Positions 19,072-28,992 are shown, counted from the stretch's first letter. The stretch is 44,769 nucleotides of DNA from Ruminococcaceae bacterium UBA1244 (GCA_002308635.1 DBWG01000096.1:937-45705), one strand, 5' to 3'. Numbers and translations are program-made. The notes: generated by a model not told the origin, from the sequence alone.

Positions 19072-19422
19072 ATGACGCTGAGACGCAAAAAATCAAGGGA
19101 CAAGGATGGTTCAGAACGCAAAAAAAAGGGCAAGAACTGGGTCTATTGGATAATCTATGTCACTGTCGTTGCTATTGTGCTGTTTTTTGCAGTTAAGATC
19201 GTCAGACAGAAAGTAAAAATACTTTCGCTAAGTGAAGAACTCTCCGAAAAAACCAATACTATCTCGCTGCAGAAGATAAAGTTAGAGGAACAAAAAAAGG
19301 ATGCTGATGCGGCTGATAGGAATGACTTTGATTCACTGATGGACAACATCTTAAAAAAGGCAAGAGAGCTGGACTATGTAAGACCTGGCGAGATCGTTTA
19401 TATAAACATTGCCGGTGATTGA
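19072..19422 (+). CDS. divIC: septum formation initiator family protein (FtsB/DivIC-like)
   Basis: Basic N-terminus, single TM segment WVYWIIYVTVVAIVLFFAV, then a coiled coil. ATG 19072 follows AAGGGGGGTG. Sits in the divIC position between yabQ and yabR. Confidence 0.75.
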   Translation: MTLRRKKSRDKDGSERKKKGKNWVYWIIYVTVVAIVLFFAVKIVRQKVKILSLSEELSEKTNTISLQKIKLEEQKKDADAADRNDFDSLMDNILKKARELDYVRPGEIVYINIAGD

Positions 19423-19441
19423 GAGGAGAAAACTGTAAAGT

Positions 19442-19903
19442 ATGAATCTTGAGGTAGGAATGATCGTTGAGGGTAAAGTGACGGGAATCACAAAATTTGG
19501 GGCATTTGTCGATCTTGAAAACGGAAAGACAGGAATGGTGCATATTTCTGAGGTCGCTCCGACTTATGTCAATGACATAAAGGAGCATCTTAAAGAGGGT
19601 CAGACCGTAAAGGTGAAGATACTCAGTATCGGAAACGACGGGAAGATCAGCCTTTCCATAAAAAAAGCACTGCCCCCGCAGAATTCGGGTTCCAACAGAC
19701 AGCAGAGAAACTTTTCGGCTCCGAGACCGAACGGTCCCGGAAACTTTGAATGGCAGCCTTCAAAACAGCCTGAGTCAGCAAGCTTTGAGGATATGCTGTC
19801 AAAATTCAAACAGACAAGCGATGAAAAGATCTCAAACCTCAAACGAGCCAATGAATCACGCAGAGGCACGTCCCGCAGAGGCAATAATTTCCAGAATAAA
19901 TGA
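19442..19903 (+). CDS. yabR: S1 RNA-binding domain protein (YabR-like)
   Basis: MNLEVGMIVEGKVTGITKFGAFVDLENGKTGMVHISEV S1 motif followed by a basic, disordered tail. Confidence 0.88.
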   Translation: MNLEVGMIVEGKVTGITKFGAFVDLENGKTGMVHISEVAPTYVNDIKEHLKEGQTVKVKILSIGNDGKISLSIKKALPPQNSGSNRQQRNFSAPRPNGPGNFEWQPSKQPESASFEDMLSKFKQTSDEKISNLKRANESRRGTSRRGNNFQNK

Positions 19904-19914
19904 TGGAACATAAC

Positions 19915-19940
19915 AGAGTCGCTTTTGCGGCTCTTTTTTG
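19915..19940 (+). terminator. rho-independent terminator after yabR
   Basis: AGAGTCGC (19915-19922) / GCGGCTCT (19927-19934) followed by TTTTT. Confidence 0.65.
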
Positions 19941-19964
19941 TTCGCCATAAAAAAGGTGACGGAT

Positions 19965-21143
19965 ATGATAATAAAAAATGCAGAGCTTCATACGCTCGAT
20001 CACGAAAGCAGAGTAATAAAAAACGGCTGGATATTTGTTTCCGGCGGTAAGATAATATCACTTGGAAGCATGGATGAAGAAATGCCCGACGGCGGCGAGG
20101 TCATCGAAGCACACGGAAAGCCTGTCTATCCCGGTTTTGTAGACGCACATACACACCTCGGACTGTTCGGTGATTCCCTTACCTTTGAGGGCGACGACGG
20201 CAACGAGGATACCGACCCGATAATGCCTCAGCTCCGTGCGATAGACGGCGCAGACCCGCTCGACAGGTATTTCAGCGAGGCGCTTTCGGCAGGCGTTACC
20301 ACAGTCCTTACAAGTCCCGGCAGTGCAAATCCCATCGCCGGACAGATCGCCGCTGTCAAGACTTCCGGCAAAAGAATAGACAAAATGATAATAAAGGCTC
20401 CGGCGGGAATAAAATTCGCACTCGGCGAGAATCCCAAATCCACCTACAACGACAAGGAACAGTCACCCGTAACACGCATGGCAACGGCGGCTCTTATCCG
20501 TGAAGCACTCATCAAGGGCAGAAAATATTACCGTGACAAAAAGAACGCCGAAACAGACCCCGAAAGCTATGACGAACCGGAGTTTGAAGTAAAGTCCGAT
20601 GCCCTGCTCCCGCTTTTCAGGAAGGAAGTTCCCGCTCACTTTCATGTACACAGAGCCGATGATATCTTTACGGCGGTGCGCATAGCCGATGAGTTTGATC
20701 TCGATTATGTCCTCGTCCATGCCACAGACGCACATCTCGTATATGACGAGCTTGCAGGCGAGCGCCTGAAAGGTATTCTCTCCGGCCCGATACTTACCGA
20801 CAGAAGCAAGCCCGAACTAAAAAACCAGACCCCGAAGGCTCCCGGCATACTCTCAAAAAACGGCATACCGACAGCGATAATAACCGACCACCCCGAAACA
20901 CCGGTGCAGTATCTGCTCTTGTGTGCGGCAGTTGCGGTGAGATCGGGAATGAACAGGGAAGAGGCTCTCCGTGCCGTTACGATAACCCCTGCAAAGATAT
21001 GCGGCATAGACAACAGGGTAGGCTCACTTGAAGCCGGAAAGGATGCCGATATCGTGATATATTCCGGCGATCCGCTCGATATTACAAACAGACCGCTTTT
21101 GGTCATTGCTGACGGGAAAACTTGTTTTTGTGATAATGTATAA
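19965..21143 (+). CDS. amidohydrolase family protein
   Basis: Metal-binding motif PGFVDAHTHLG, later HVH and a DAD-containing region. ATG 19965 follows AAGGTGA. Confidence 0.82.
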   Translation: MIIKNAELHTLDHESRVIKNGWIFVSGGKIISLGSMDEEMPDGGEVIEAHGKPVYPGFVDAHTHLGLFGDSLTFEGDDGNEDTDPIMPQLRAIDGADPLDRYFSEALSAGVTTVLTSPGSANPIAGQIAAVKTSGKRIDKMIIKAPAGIKFALGENPKSTYNDKEQSPVTRMATAALIREALIKGRKYYRDKKNAETDPESYDEPEFEVKSDALLPLFRKEVPAHFHVHRADDIFTAVRIADEFDLDYVLVHATDAHLVYDELAGERLKGILSGPILTDRSKPELKNQTPKAPGILSKNGIPTAIITDHPETPVQYLLLCAAVAVRSGMNREEALRAVTITPAKICGIDNRVGSLEAGKDADIVIYSGDPLDITNRPLLVIADGKTCFCDNV

Positions 21144-21185
21144 AATTAATGAATAAAGTTTTTATATAAATTTCTCTCAATCTAT

Positions 21186-21213
21186 TTGATTTTTTTGTTT
21201 ATTGTGTTATAAT
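21186..21213 (+). promoter_or_regulatory. extended -10 sigma-A promoter of hpf
   Basis: TTGATT (21186-21191), 16 nt spacer, TGT-TATAAT (TG 21205-21206; TATAAT 21208-21213). Confidence 0.5.
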
Positions 21214-21284
21214 ATAGATGATCCTGAGAATGTTTTTTGTATAACACTCTCAGGACAGTATCAAACCTTAAGGAGGTTCGGCTT

Positions 21285-21827
21285 ATGAAATACAACATTG
21301 TGGGCAGAAAAGTCAATCTTAGAGATAACTTTAAGGAGCGTGTTCAGAAAAAACTCGGCAAGTTTGAAAAGATCTATTCCGAAGATGCAGAGGCTACTGT
21401 AACCGTAACTTTAGAGAAAAACAGACAGACAGTCGAGGTTACTATCCGTGACGGTTCAATGGTATACCGTGCAGAGAGTACGGCACTTGAAATGAACGAT
21501 GCGCTCGATGCTGTCGTTGATATACTCGGCGGACAGATCCGCAAGAACAAGACAAAGCTCAGCAAAAAAATCAAGGCTGAGTCACTCGAACAGTACTTTA
21601 TTGAGAACGGCACAAAGGACGATGAGGAAGCTCTTCAGGATGAGGATTACGCAGTCGTAAGAACAAAGACCTTCGCAGTCAAACCCCTCAGCGTAGAGGA
21701 AGCTATTCTCCAGATGAACATGATCGGCCACGAATTCTTCATGTTCCTCAACAGCTCAACAAACAAAATAAACGTAGTCTATAAGCGCAAGGGCAACACA
21801 TACGGACTCCTTGAGCCAGAAGATTAA
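21285..21827 (+). CDS. hpf: ribosome hibernation promoting factor, long form
   Basis: MKYNIVGRKVNL... YfiA/RaiA N-domain plus C-terminal dimerisation domain VVRTKTFAVKPLSVEEAILQMNMIGHEFFMFLN. AGGAGG RBS 21271-21276. Confidence 0.92.
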   Translation: MKYNIVGRKVNLRDNFKERVQKKLGKFEKIYSEDAEATVTVTLEKNRQTVEVTIRDGSMVYRAESTALEMNDALDAVVDILGGQIRKNKTKLSKKIKAESLEQYFIENGTKDDEEALQDEDYAVVRTKTFAVKPLSVEEAILQMNMIGHEFFMFLNSSTNKINVVYKRKGNTYGLLEPED

Positions 21828-21840
21828 ACAAAAATGATTC

Positions 21841-21881
21841 CGGCACACTCAGCCTTTTGGTTCTGAGTGTGCCGTTTTTTT
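21841..21881. terminator. terminator hairpin between convergent genes
   Basis: 12 bp stem CGGCACACTCAG (21841-21852) / CTGAGTGTGCCG (21863-21874) followed by T7. The T-run overlaps the stop codon of the minus-strand gene at 21880. Confidence 0.75.
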
Positions 21882-22242
21882 ATTTGCGGAGTTTCATTGA
21901 TGAACTGTAGCCGAGAGTGTCCCAGCTAACTATATGAAAATAACCGTTTTCCTCTTTCAGACGGAGCTTGCCTTCTCCGAGATAACACTCTAAAACGCCC
22001 CTTACTTTTTTCGGCGACGGCACAAATACCCTTCCGTTTTTCTTCTGTACGATATTCAGCCGCTCAAAAAAGTCCCTTACATCCTCCGGTAAAAACGGAC
22101 TTGCATTGTAGTATGCAAAGACCTCTATGGTGCTTTTTATCAGGCTGAAACTCTGCATAAGAGTGTAGTCAACAAATGAATCGGGCGATTTGTAAAAATA
22201 CTCCGCCTCTTCAAAATTTATCCTGTCAAGAGCCTCACTCAT
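21880..22242 (-). CDS. hypothetical protein, translationally coupled to the DUF4364-like gene
   Basis: 120 aa ORF. Its ATG overlaps the upstream stop (ATGA at 22242). No family recognised. Confidence 0.55.
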   Translation of the reverse strand: MSEALDRINFEEAEYFYKSPDSFVDYTLMQSFSLIKSTIEVFAYYNASPFLPEDVRDFFERLNIVQKKNGRVFVPSPKKVRGVLECYLGEGKLRLKEENGYFHIVSWDTLGYSSSMKLRK

Positions 22243-22832
22243 TATCTCAGTTCCTCCAGAGCGCTTTTTATCATGTCCTTTTCTCCGATGACCGCCGCAA
22301 GCATCAAGGAATATACCCTTTCGGGGTTACGGTGGAAGCTTCTCTTTACGGCGTTGGCTTCGGAAATGTCCGGAACAAAGACCGTCAGCGACATAAGCTC
22401 TCTCATGCCGTCTTTTATCTTCATGTTGACCTGATAACCGCCGCCTTCGTCCTTTGTGATGGCAACGGGGTTTTCGGATTCCGTCTTTCTTTTCATAATG
22501 AGCTTTGCAACGGCTGATGCGGCTTTCTGTCTGATGGACAGCGAAAGACCGGTGTTGAGCTGTGAGGAGATGAGCCTGCCGTTTTTGGTCAGGACAAGCC
22601 CTGATTTTTCCTGCTGTGAATAAGCAACATTGTTGTTCCTGATAAGCTCCGAAATGGCATTGGCGGTCTCAAAATAATTTGCAAAGCCGTTTTCACAGAT
22701 CAGTTCAATGAGGTTGTCCTTCGGGATGGGCTGACCTGCTGAATCCAGCATATAGCAGACGAGAACGCCGATCTCCGAACGGTTCCTCAGACCTCCGGGT
22801 AATACACCTTCGGTAAAAGCGTCAAAATCCAT
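22242..22832 (-). CDS. DUF4364-like protein
   Basis: N-terminus MDFDAFTEGVLPGGLRNRSEIGVLVCYML resembles the DUF4364 family as I recall it; 196 aa. GGAGG RBS upstream. Confidence 0.6.
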   Translation of the reverse strand: MDFDAFTEGVLPGGLRNRSEIGVLVCYMLDSAGQPIPKDNLIELICENGFANYFETANAISELIRNNNVAYSQQEKSGLVLTKNGRLISSQLNTGLSLSIRQKAASAVAKLIMKRKTESENPVAITKDEGGGYQVNMKIKDGMRELMSLTVFVPDISEANAVKRSFHRNPERVYSLMLAAVIGEKDMIKSALEELR

Positions 22833-22948
22833 ATTATCGCCTCCAAAAATAAAATATTTTATAATAGTAATTGAAATAATTGACGGGATATATTACAATA
22901 TAAGAGCAGCCTTTTATATTAATTTTTATAGATCAGGAGTGTGCAAGC

Positions 22949-23683
22949 ATGTATAAGAATTATCTTTTCGATCTCTACGGGACCTTAGTGGATATCAATA
23001 CCAACGAGTGGAACGATACTCTCTGGGAAAACATGGCGAAGATATATTCCCTCAGCGGAGCATCCTATACCTCAAAGGAGCTTAACGAAAAATATCACAA
23101 ATATCTCGATGAACAGATCAGGAGCATCCCGAAGGAAAAATACACCACTAATCCCGAACCTCAGATAGAATACGTTTTCCAGCGCCTCTTCACAGAAAAG
23201 GGAGTGGAGTGTGATATGTCCATCGCCTGCGCAACAGGCAGGACATTCCGTGCGCTGTCACTCAATTATATAAAGCTCTATGACGGCGTTCACGAGCTTT
23301 TTGAGGCTATCCGTTCCCACGGCGGAAAGATATTCCTTCTCTCAAACGCACAGCGTATCTTTACAGAGCCTGAGATACGTATGCTTGGGATATACGACGA
23401 GTTCGACTACGTAATGATCTCGTCCGATGAGGGATGTGCAAAGCCTGATGTTAAGTTCTACAACTGTCTCCTCAAAAAGTTCGGTCTCGACCCGAAGGAA
23501 TCCATAATGATCGGCAACGACTATATCACCGATATTCAGGGCTCATACAACGCCGGTCTTGATTCCCTCTATCTCCACACGAATATCTCTCCGGATATCA
23601 AAGGAAAGCTCCTTGCAAAATACAGGGTCATGGACGGAGATATCTTCAAAGCCATAAAGTTTCTTTTTCCCGATATGAAATAA
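22949..23683 (+). CDS. HAD family hydrolase
   Basis: Motif I LFDLYGTLVDI, motif III-like SNA, and GNDYITDI. Confidence 0.8.
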   Translation: MYKNYLFDLYGTLVDINTNEWNDTLWENMAKIYSLSGASYTSKELNEKYHKYLDEQIRSIPKEKYTTNPEPQIEYVFQRLFTEKGVECDMSIACATGRTFRALSLNYIKLYDGVHELFEAIRSHGGKIFLLSNAQRIFTEPEIRMLGIYDEFDYVMISSDEGCAKPDVKFYNCLLKKFGLDPKESIMIGNDYITDIQGSYNAGLDSLYLHTNISPDIKGKLLAKYRVMDGDIFKAIKFLFPDMK

Positions 23684-24391
23684 CTATATTCTTTCGGCAA
23701 GATATTTTTTCAGTTCATCAAATCCGCCGTGAGGATAGACGCTGATATCCTTGTTGTGTTCGTTTATGATACAGTCAGTCAGCAGGAAAACATCAGCGCC
23801 TGCGTCACGGGCTTTCATGTCCTCGTCAACGTTGTTGCCGACCATCAGATATTCTGACGGCTCATATCCAAGCTGAGTGAATATTTCCTGATAGTATTTC
23901 AGGTCAGGCTTTGTAAAGCGGCAGTTTTCATAAGTGGTGATGAGCGCAAAGTCGCTTTTGTCAAGACCTGCCCACCTTATTCTTGCAATAGTGCCGTCTG
24001 CCGGAAAAACAGGCAGTGTCGCACAGGCAGCCGTTATGCCGGAGTTTTTCAGCATATCAATGATCTCTCTTGCCCTTGGGTCACAGCCGCAGACGGAACG
24101 TACATTTTCAAATTCTTCAAAATAGAATTTGTCAAATTCCGGACGAAGCTCAATTATGCCGTCACCCAGCGAGTTTCTCATGCTTTTCCAGAAAAGTTCT
24201 ATGTTAAGGGCGTTTCCGTCGTTTTGCATCATAGCTCCTGTGGCGGTCCAGACAGCCTTTACGAGTGCATCGGGAGCAATGCCGAAGCGGGCCATTCTTG
24301 TTGAAAGCTCCCTGAAATAAACCTTTACAAATATATCCTGATCGAGCGGCAGGAGTGTGCCGTCAAGATCAAACAATACACATTTCAGCAT
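23684..24391 (-). CDS. HAD family hydrolase
   Basis: Motif I VLFDLDGTLLPL; C-terminal VGNNVDEDM. Confidence 0.82.
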   Translation of the reverse strand: MLKCVLFDLDGTLLPLDQDIFVKVYFRELSTRMARFGIAPDALVKAVWTATGAMMQNDGNALNIELFWKSMRNSLGDGIIELRPEFDKFYFEEFENVRSVCGCDPRAREIIDMLKNSGITAACATLPVFPADGTIARIRWAGLDKSDFALITTYENCRFTKPDLKYYQEIFTQLGYEPSEYLMVGNNVDEDMKARDAGADVFLLTDCIINEHNKDISVYPHGGFDELKKYLAERI

Positions 24392-24672
24392 ATTTTATCC
24401 TCCTTCATATTGCATAAAAGTATTATAACATACTATAAATCATTTTTCAATTGTGCTGTTGTCTATCTGATAATAATAAAATAATTCACGGTCAGATCAT
24501 TTTTTTGGAACACTCTGACAAAAAATGGCTGGCAAGAGATGGTTAGCACAAAAAGAACAAAATAATAATACTATAATGCTAAAAATGCCAAAAAAGGGCA
24601 CAATAGTACTAACTGTGAGAGTGCTGTTTATGATAAAATAGATCATAAGATCATACGGAAGGGATGTTAATT

Positions 24673-26031
24673 TTGAAAATTATAATAGTCGGATGCGGAA
24701 AGATCGGCGGTACGATACTTGGAGATCTTGTTCTTGAAGGTCACGATGTCGTTGCCATTGATACTGACGCTGATGTTGTCGAAGATCTGTCAAATATCTA
24801 TGATGTAATGGCTGTATGCGGCAGCGGAACAGACAGAAGTACGCTTATCGAGGCAGGCGTTTCAAAAACAGAGATGTTTATTGCCGCCACATCATCTGAT
24901 GAAGTCAATATGCTGAGCTGCTATATCGCCAAAAAGCTCGGCGCAAAAAATACTATCGCCCGTATCCGCAACCCCGAATACAATGACGAAAACCTTGGTT
25001 TCCTCAAACAGCACCTTGATCTGTCTCTTGCGATAAACCCCGAAATGCTTGCCGCAAGAGAGATGTTCAATGTTCTCAAACTGCCGTTTGCGGTAAAGAT
25101 AGAAAAATTCTCTGTCAGGAATTTTGAGATAATCGAGGTCGTTCTGCGAGAGGGTTCGCCGCTCACAGGAGTCAAGCTGATGGATCTCAGGAACAAATTC
25201 AAGGAAAAGTTCCTTATCTGTGTTGTGGGACGCGGCGATAATGTTTATATTCCCGACGGTAATTTTATCCTTCAGCCCGGCGACAAGATCGGACTCACTG
25301 CCGAGCCCGGAGAGGTGCAGAAGCTTATGAGGGCTGTGGGCGCTGACAAAAAACAGGCTCAGAACGTTCTCATACTTGGCGGCGGAAAGATCGCATTCTA
25401 CCTCTCAAAGATGCTCACCATGTCCGGCGGCGGCGTGAGGATAATAGAAATAGACCAGAAGCGGTGCAAGGCGCTTGCGGAGGCACTTCCGAAGGCGGTT
25501 ATCATCAACGGCGACGGCGCACAGCAGGAGCTTCTTATGGAGGAAGGACTTGATACTGCGGACGCTTTCGTCTCGCTCACGGGAATGGACGAGGAAAACA
25601 TACTCATTTCTATTTTTGCATCGACCCATAAGGTCCCGACAGTCATCACAAAGGTCAACCGCAACGAGCTTGTCGGAATGGCTGGCAAGCTGGGACTTGA
25701 CTGCGTGATCTCTCCAAAGGAGATCATGTCCGATGTTCTTGTGCAGTATGCAAGGGCGCTCGAAAACTCACGAGGCAGCAACGTTGAAACTCTCTACAAC
25801 ATTATGGACGGCAAGGCAGAGGTGCTTGAATTCAACGTCAGAGCGGATTTCAAGTATACGAACATCCCGCTCAAGGATCTTAAGCTGAAAAAAGGCATCC
25901 TTATTGCCGGCATCATCCGTGACAGAAAGCCGATAATACCATCCGGTGCGGACGTTATTCTGGAGAGCGATAAGGTCATAATCCTTACCGAGAACCAGCG
26001 CCTCAACGACCTGAGAGATATCGTCAGGTAA
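24673..26031 (+). CDS. trkA: Trk system potassium uptake protein TrkA (two RCK modules)
   Basis: Two NAD-binding GxGxxG motifs, IVGCGKIGG and LGGGKIAF. TTG 24673 gives the canonical MKIIIVG N-terminus with ~9 nt RBS spacing. ATG 24664 (the track start) is the alternative. Confidence 0.9.
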   Translation: MKIIIVGCGKIGGTILGDLVLEGHDVVAIDTDADVVEDLSNIYDVMAVCGSGTDRSTLIEAGVSKTEMFIAATSSDEVNMLSCYIAKKLGAKNTIARIRNPEYNDENLGFLKQHLDLSLAINPEMLAAREMFNVLKLPFAVKIEKFSVRNFEIIEVVLREGSPLTGVKLMDLRNKFKEKFLICVVGRGDNVYIPDGNFILQPGDKIGLTAEPGEVQKLMRAVGADKKQAQNVLILGGGKIAFYLSKMLTMSGGGVRIIEIDQKRCKALAEALPKAVIINGDGAQQELLMEEGLDTADAFVSLTGMDEENILISIFASTHKVPTVITKVNRNELVGMAGKLGLDCVISPKEIMSDVLVQYARALENSRGSNVETLYNIMDGKAEVLEFNVRADFKYTNIPLKDLKLKKGILIAGIIRDRKPIIPSGADVILESDKVIILTENQRLNDLRDIVR

Positions 26032-26055
26032 CTTTGAAAATAGAAGGGTATAATT

Positions 26056-27504
26056 ATGAACCGAAGAATGATATTGTACATGGTAGGAAACATAGTAAGG
26101 CTTGAGGCAGCGATATTTATGCTGCCGCTGATAGTGTCGCTCTGCTACCATGAGATGAACAGTGTTTTTGCATTTTCACTTTCAATAATAATCGCAGCCG
26201 CCGCAGGCTCTGCTCTTTCAATAATTTTCAAGCCCTATAGCAGGGTGATCTATGCAAGAGAGGGCTTCATCACAGTCACCTTTGCGTGGATAATCCTTTC
26301 TCTCCTTGGCGCACTGCCGTTTATTATAAGCGGCGAGATACCGGATTTCTTTGACGCATTTTTTGAGACCGTCAGCGGCTTTTCCACAACAGGCGCATCG
26401 ATCCTGTCAGATGTTGAAGTCCTCAGCCACGGAATGTTGTTCTGGAGAAGCTTTACTCACTGGCTGGGCGGTATGGGAGTACTCGTGCTGATAATGGCGA
26501 TACTCCCGTCGGATTCCGGCAGGGCAATACACATCATGCGTGCGGAAATGGCGGGGCCTGTCGTCGGAAAGATAGTTCCGAAGATCCGTGAGACCGCAAA
26601 GATACTCTATCTCATCTATCTTGTAATAACCGTTATCGAAATGGCATTTTTGATGTTCGGCGGCATGAACCTGTTTGAAAGCTCGGTTCATGCTCTTGGC
26701 ACTGCCGGCACAGGCGGCTTCGGCATCAAGAACGATTCAATCGGAAGCTACAGCCCATATCTCCAGTGGGTCATCACGGTCTTTATGATACTTTTCGGCA
26801 TCAACTTCAACCTGTTTTATCTTTTCCTGCTCAAAAAGTTCAAGCCGGTATTCACCAACCGTGAACTGTGGTTCTATTTCGGCATCATGCTTGTTGCTGC
26901 GGGAATAATCACCTACAGCATCTATCCCACATACAATGACTTCGGCACTTCCGCACGTCACTCGTGCTTTCAGGTCGCATCACTCGTTTCAACGACGGGT
27001 TATTCGACAGTTGATTTTGACCTCTGGCCCGATCTTGCAAAGGGAGTCCTGTTCATACTCATGTTCCTTGGCGGCTGTGCCGGTTCAACGGCGGGCGGTC
27101 TGAAGCTTTCGAGGGTAATGATAATGCTCAAAGCCATCCGCAAGGATGTCCGCCAGCTTCTCCACCCACGCTCTGTTTCCATTGTCAAATTTGAGGGCAA
27201 AAAGCTTGACGATTCCGTTATGAACGGTGTTACGACATATTTTGCGCTCTATATCTTGCTTATCGCACTGACCTTCCTTACACTGTCGTTTGAGCCGGAT
27301 TTTAACGTGATCTCAAACCTTACGGCTTCGATCTCCTGCTGCAACAACGTCGGACCCGGATTTGACAAGGTCGGTCCTATGGTCGGCTACGGCGCATATT
27401 CGGGCTTCTCAAAGTTAGTTCTGACATTCGCAATGCTGTTCGGCAGACTTGAGATATATCCCGTACTCCTTGCATTCTATCCCAAAACATGGACAAAGAA
27501 ATAA
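26056..27504 (+). CDS. trkH: TrkH family potassium uptake protein
   Basis: 482 aa polytopic membrane protein with selectivity-filter-like motifs (SGFSTTGAS, GTAGTGGF, STTGYS, GGCAGSTAGGLK), immediately after trkA. Confidence 0.9.
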   Translation: MNRRMILYMVGNIVRLEAAIFMLPLIVSLCYHEMNSVFAFSLSIIIAAAAGSALSIIFKPYSRVIYAREGFITVTFAWIILSLLGALPFIISGEIPDFFDAFFETVSGFSTTGASILSDVEVLSHGMLFWRSFTHWLGGMGVLVLIMAILPSDSGRAIHIMRAEMAGPVVGKIVPKIRETAKILYLIYLVITVIEMAFLMFGGMNLFESSVHALGTAGTGGFGIKNDSIGSYSPYLQWVITVFMILFGINFNLFYLFLLKKFKPVFTNRELWFYFGIMLVAAGIITYSIYPTYNDFGTSARHSCFQVASLVSTTGYSTVDFDLWPDLAKGVLFILMFLGGCAGSTAGGLKLSRVMIMLKAIRKDVRQLLHPRSVSIVKFEGKKLDDSVMNGVTTYFALYILLIALTFLTLSFEPDFNVISNLTASISCCNNVGPGFDKVGPMVGYGAYSGFSKLVLTFAMLFGRLEIYPVLLAFYPKTWTKK

Positions 27505-27515
27505 TAGGTAATTAT

Positions 27516-28394
27516 ATGAATAAGCTTACAGATATCAATTATGTAAATGGAGTTCTCTCAAAACACGGCTTTACATTTTCAAAGGCTCTCGGACAGAACT
27601 TCCTTATAAATCCTTCAGTGTGTCCGAAAATGGCACAGCTTTGCGGTGCTGGTGAGAATACCGGCGTTATCGAGATAGGTCCCGGCGCAGGCGTTCTCAC
27701 AAATGAACTTGCGGCAGTTTCAAAAAAGGTAGTCGCAGTGGAGCTTGACAAAAGGCTGCTGCCTGTTCTTGAAGAGGCGCTTTCGGAACACGGCAACATA
27801 AAAATAATAAACGGCGATGCCATGAAGCTTGACTTCCATAGGCTGATCGCCGATGAATTTCCGGACAGCGATGTTGTTATATGTGCGAATCTTCCGTACT
27901 ATATCACATCACCGATACTCATGCGCCTGCTCGAGGAACGTCTTCCGGTAAAGGCTGTGACGGTCATGGTGCAGAAGGAAGCGGCCGAAAGGATATGTGC
28001 CGAACCCGGTACAAGAGCGTCAGGAGCGATAAGTGCAGCGGTGCATTATTACTGCGAGCCGGAGCTTCTGTTCAGGGTCTCCGCAGGGAGCTTTCTGCCC
28101 GCACCGAAGGTGGATTCGGCAGTTATCCGCCTGAACATATTAAAAGAGCCGCCCGTAAAGGCGGCTGACGAAAAGCTGTTTTTCAGAGTTGTGAGGGCAT
28201 CGTTTTCACAGAGAAGGAAGACGCTTTCAAATTCACTCAGCTCAGGACTTTCAATGCCGAAGCAGAGGATAGCCGAAGTGCTTGCTTCTGCGGGTATAGT
28301 TTCCACCGCAAGAGCCGAAGAGATGACGATGCAGCAGTTTGCCGACATCACAAATACATTATTCTCCGGAAACTTCGGGTCTGATAAAGAATGA
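27516..28394 (+). CDS. rsmA: 16S rRNA (adenine1518/1519-N6)-dimethyltransferase RsmA/KsgA
   Basis: LGQNFLIN, SAM-binding EIGPGAGVLT, and NLPYYITSPI. ATG 27516 matches the family N-terminus; the track start is 27489. Confidence 0.9.
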   Translation: MNKLTDINYVNGVLSKHGFTFSKALGQNFLINPSVCPKMAQLCGAGENTGVIEIGPGAGVLTNELAAVSKKVVAVELDKRLLPVLEEALSEHGNIKIINGDAMKLDFHRLIADEFPDSDVVICANLPYYITSPILMRLLEERLPVKAVTVMVQKEAAERICAEPGTRASGAISAAVHYYCEPELLFRVSAGSFLPAPKVDSAVIRLNILKEPPVKAADEKLFFRVVRASFSQRRKTLSNSLSSGLSMPKQRIAEVLASAGIVSTARAEEMTMQQFADITNTLFSGNFGSDKE

Positions 28395-28895
28395 CTTCTG
28401 TGCCTTGTATGCGATCAGTGCAAAGACGACACCGAATACTGCTCCGAACATAACATCCGTCGGAAAGTGGACATAGAGATATACTCTCGAAAATCCCATG
28501 AGAAAAGCAAAAATAAATGCGGCAGTCCCGTACCATTTGTTGTACATAAAAATAATAGTTGCCGCTCCGAATGCGAACATCGTGTGTCCTGACGGGAACG
28601 AGGCATCAAACGGTACGCTGGTCAGCAGTTCAACTGTTTTGTTTAGTTGGCACGGACGTACACGGTGAACGATATTTTTTATGATGAGATTTCCGGCGAT
28701 GAAGTTGAAAACGATGTCGCAGGCGAGCGAGATACCGACAGGACGTGTCTTTTTGAAGATGAGGCACACAGCCGTGATGAGCAGCCATATCATAGAAGCT
28801 TTGCCGAGAAAGCTGACTGCGACCATCACCTTGTCAAGGAAATCTGTCCTGATCTCATATTGGATGTAATCGAGCAAATAAAATTCCCAATCCAT
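28359..28895 (-). CDS. PAP2 family phosphatase
   Basis: PAP2 motifs KNIVHRVRP, PSGH and SRVYLYVHFPTD; membrane protein. Its 3' end overlaps rsmA by 36 nt (convergent). Confidence 0.85.
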   Translation of the reverse strand: MDWEFYLLDYIQYEIRTDFLDKVMVAVSFLGKASMIWLLITAVCLIFKKTRPVGISLACDIVFNFIAGNLIIKNIVHRVRPCQLNKTVELLTSVPFDASFPSGHTMFAFGAATIIFMYNKWYGTAAFIFAFLMGFSRVYLYVHFPTDVMFGAVFGVVFALIAYKAQKSFFIRPEVSGE

Positions 28896-28992
28896 AAAAT
28901 ACCTCCGGAGTATTATTCTGTCGTAATTATAACATATTATTTCCGATATTTAAAGTAAAATTATGAAAAATACTGAAAGGTCGTGAACGATA

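Noticed and set aside
21144-21284. raiA-motif structured RNA upstream of hpf (raiA)
   Set aside because: Only ~140 nt of AT-rich sequence lies here, holding a clear extended -10 promoter and RBS. There are no GC-rich helices of the size expected for that motif.
24392-24672. Expected c-di-AMP (ydaO-type) or other riboswitch in the 270 nt leader of trkA-trkH
   Set aside because: The region is very AT-rich and lacks the G-rich conserved cores (GGGGA / CCCGA type) or any convincing conserved helices. I could not find a terminator/antiterminator pair.
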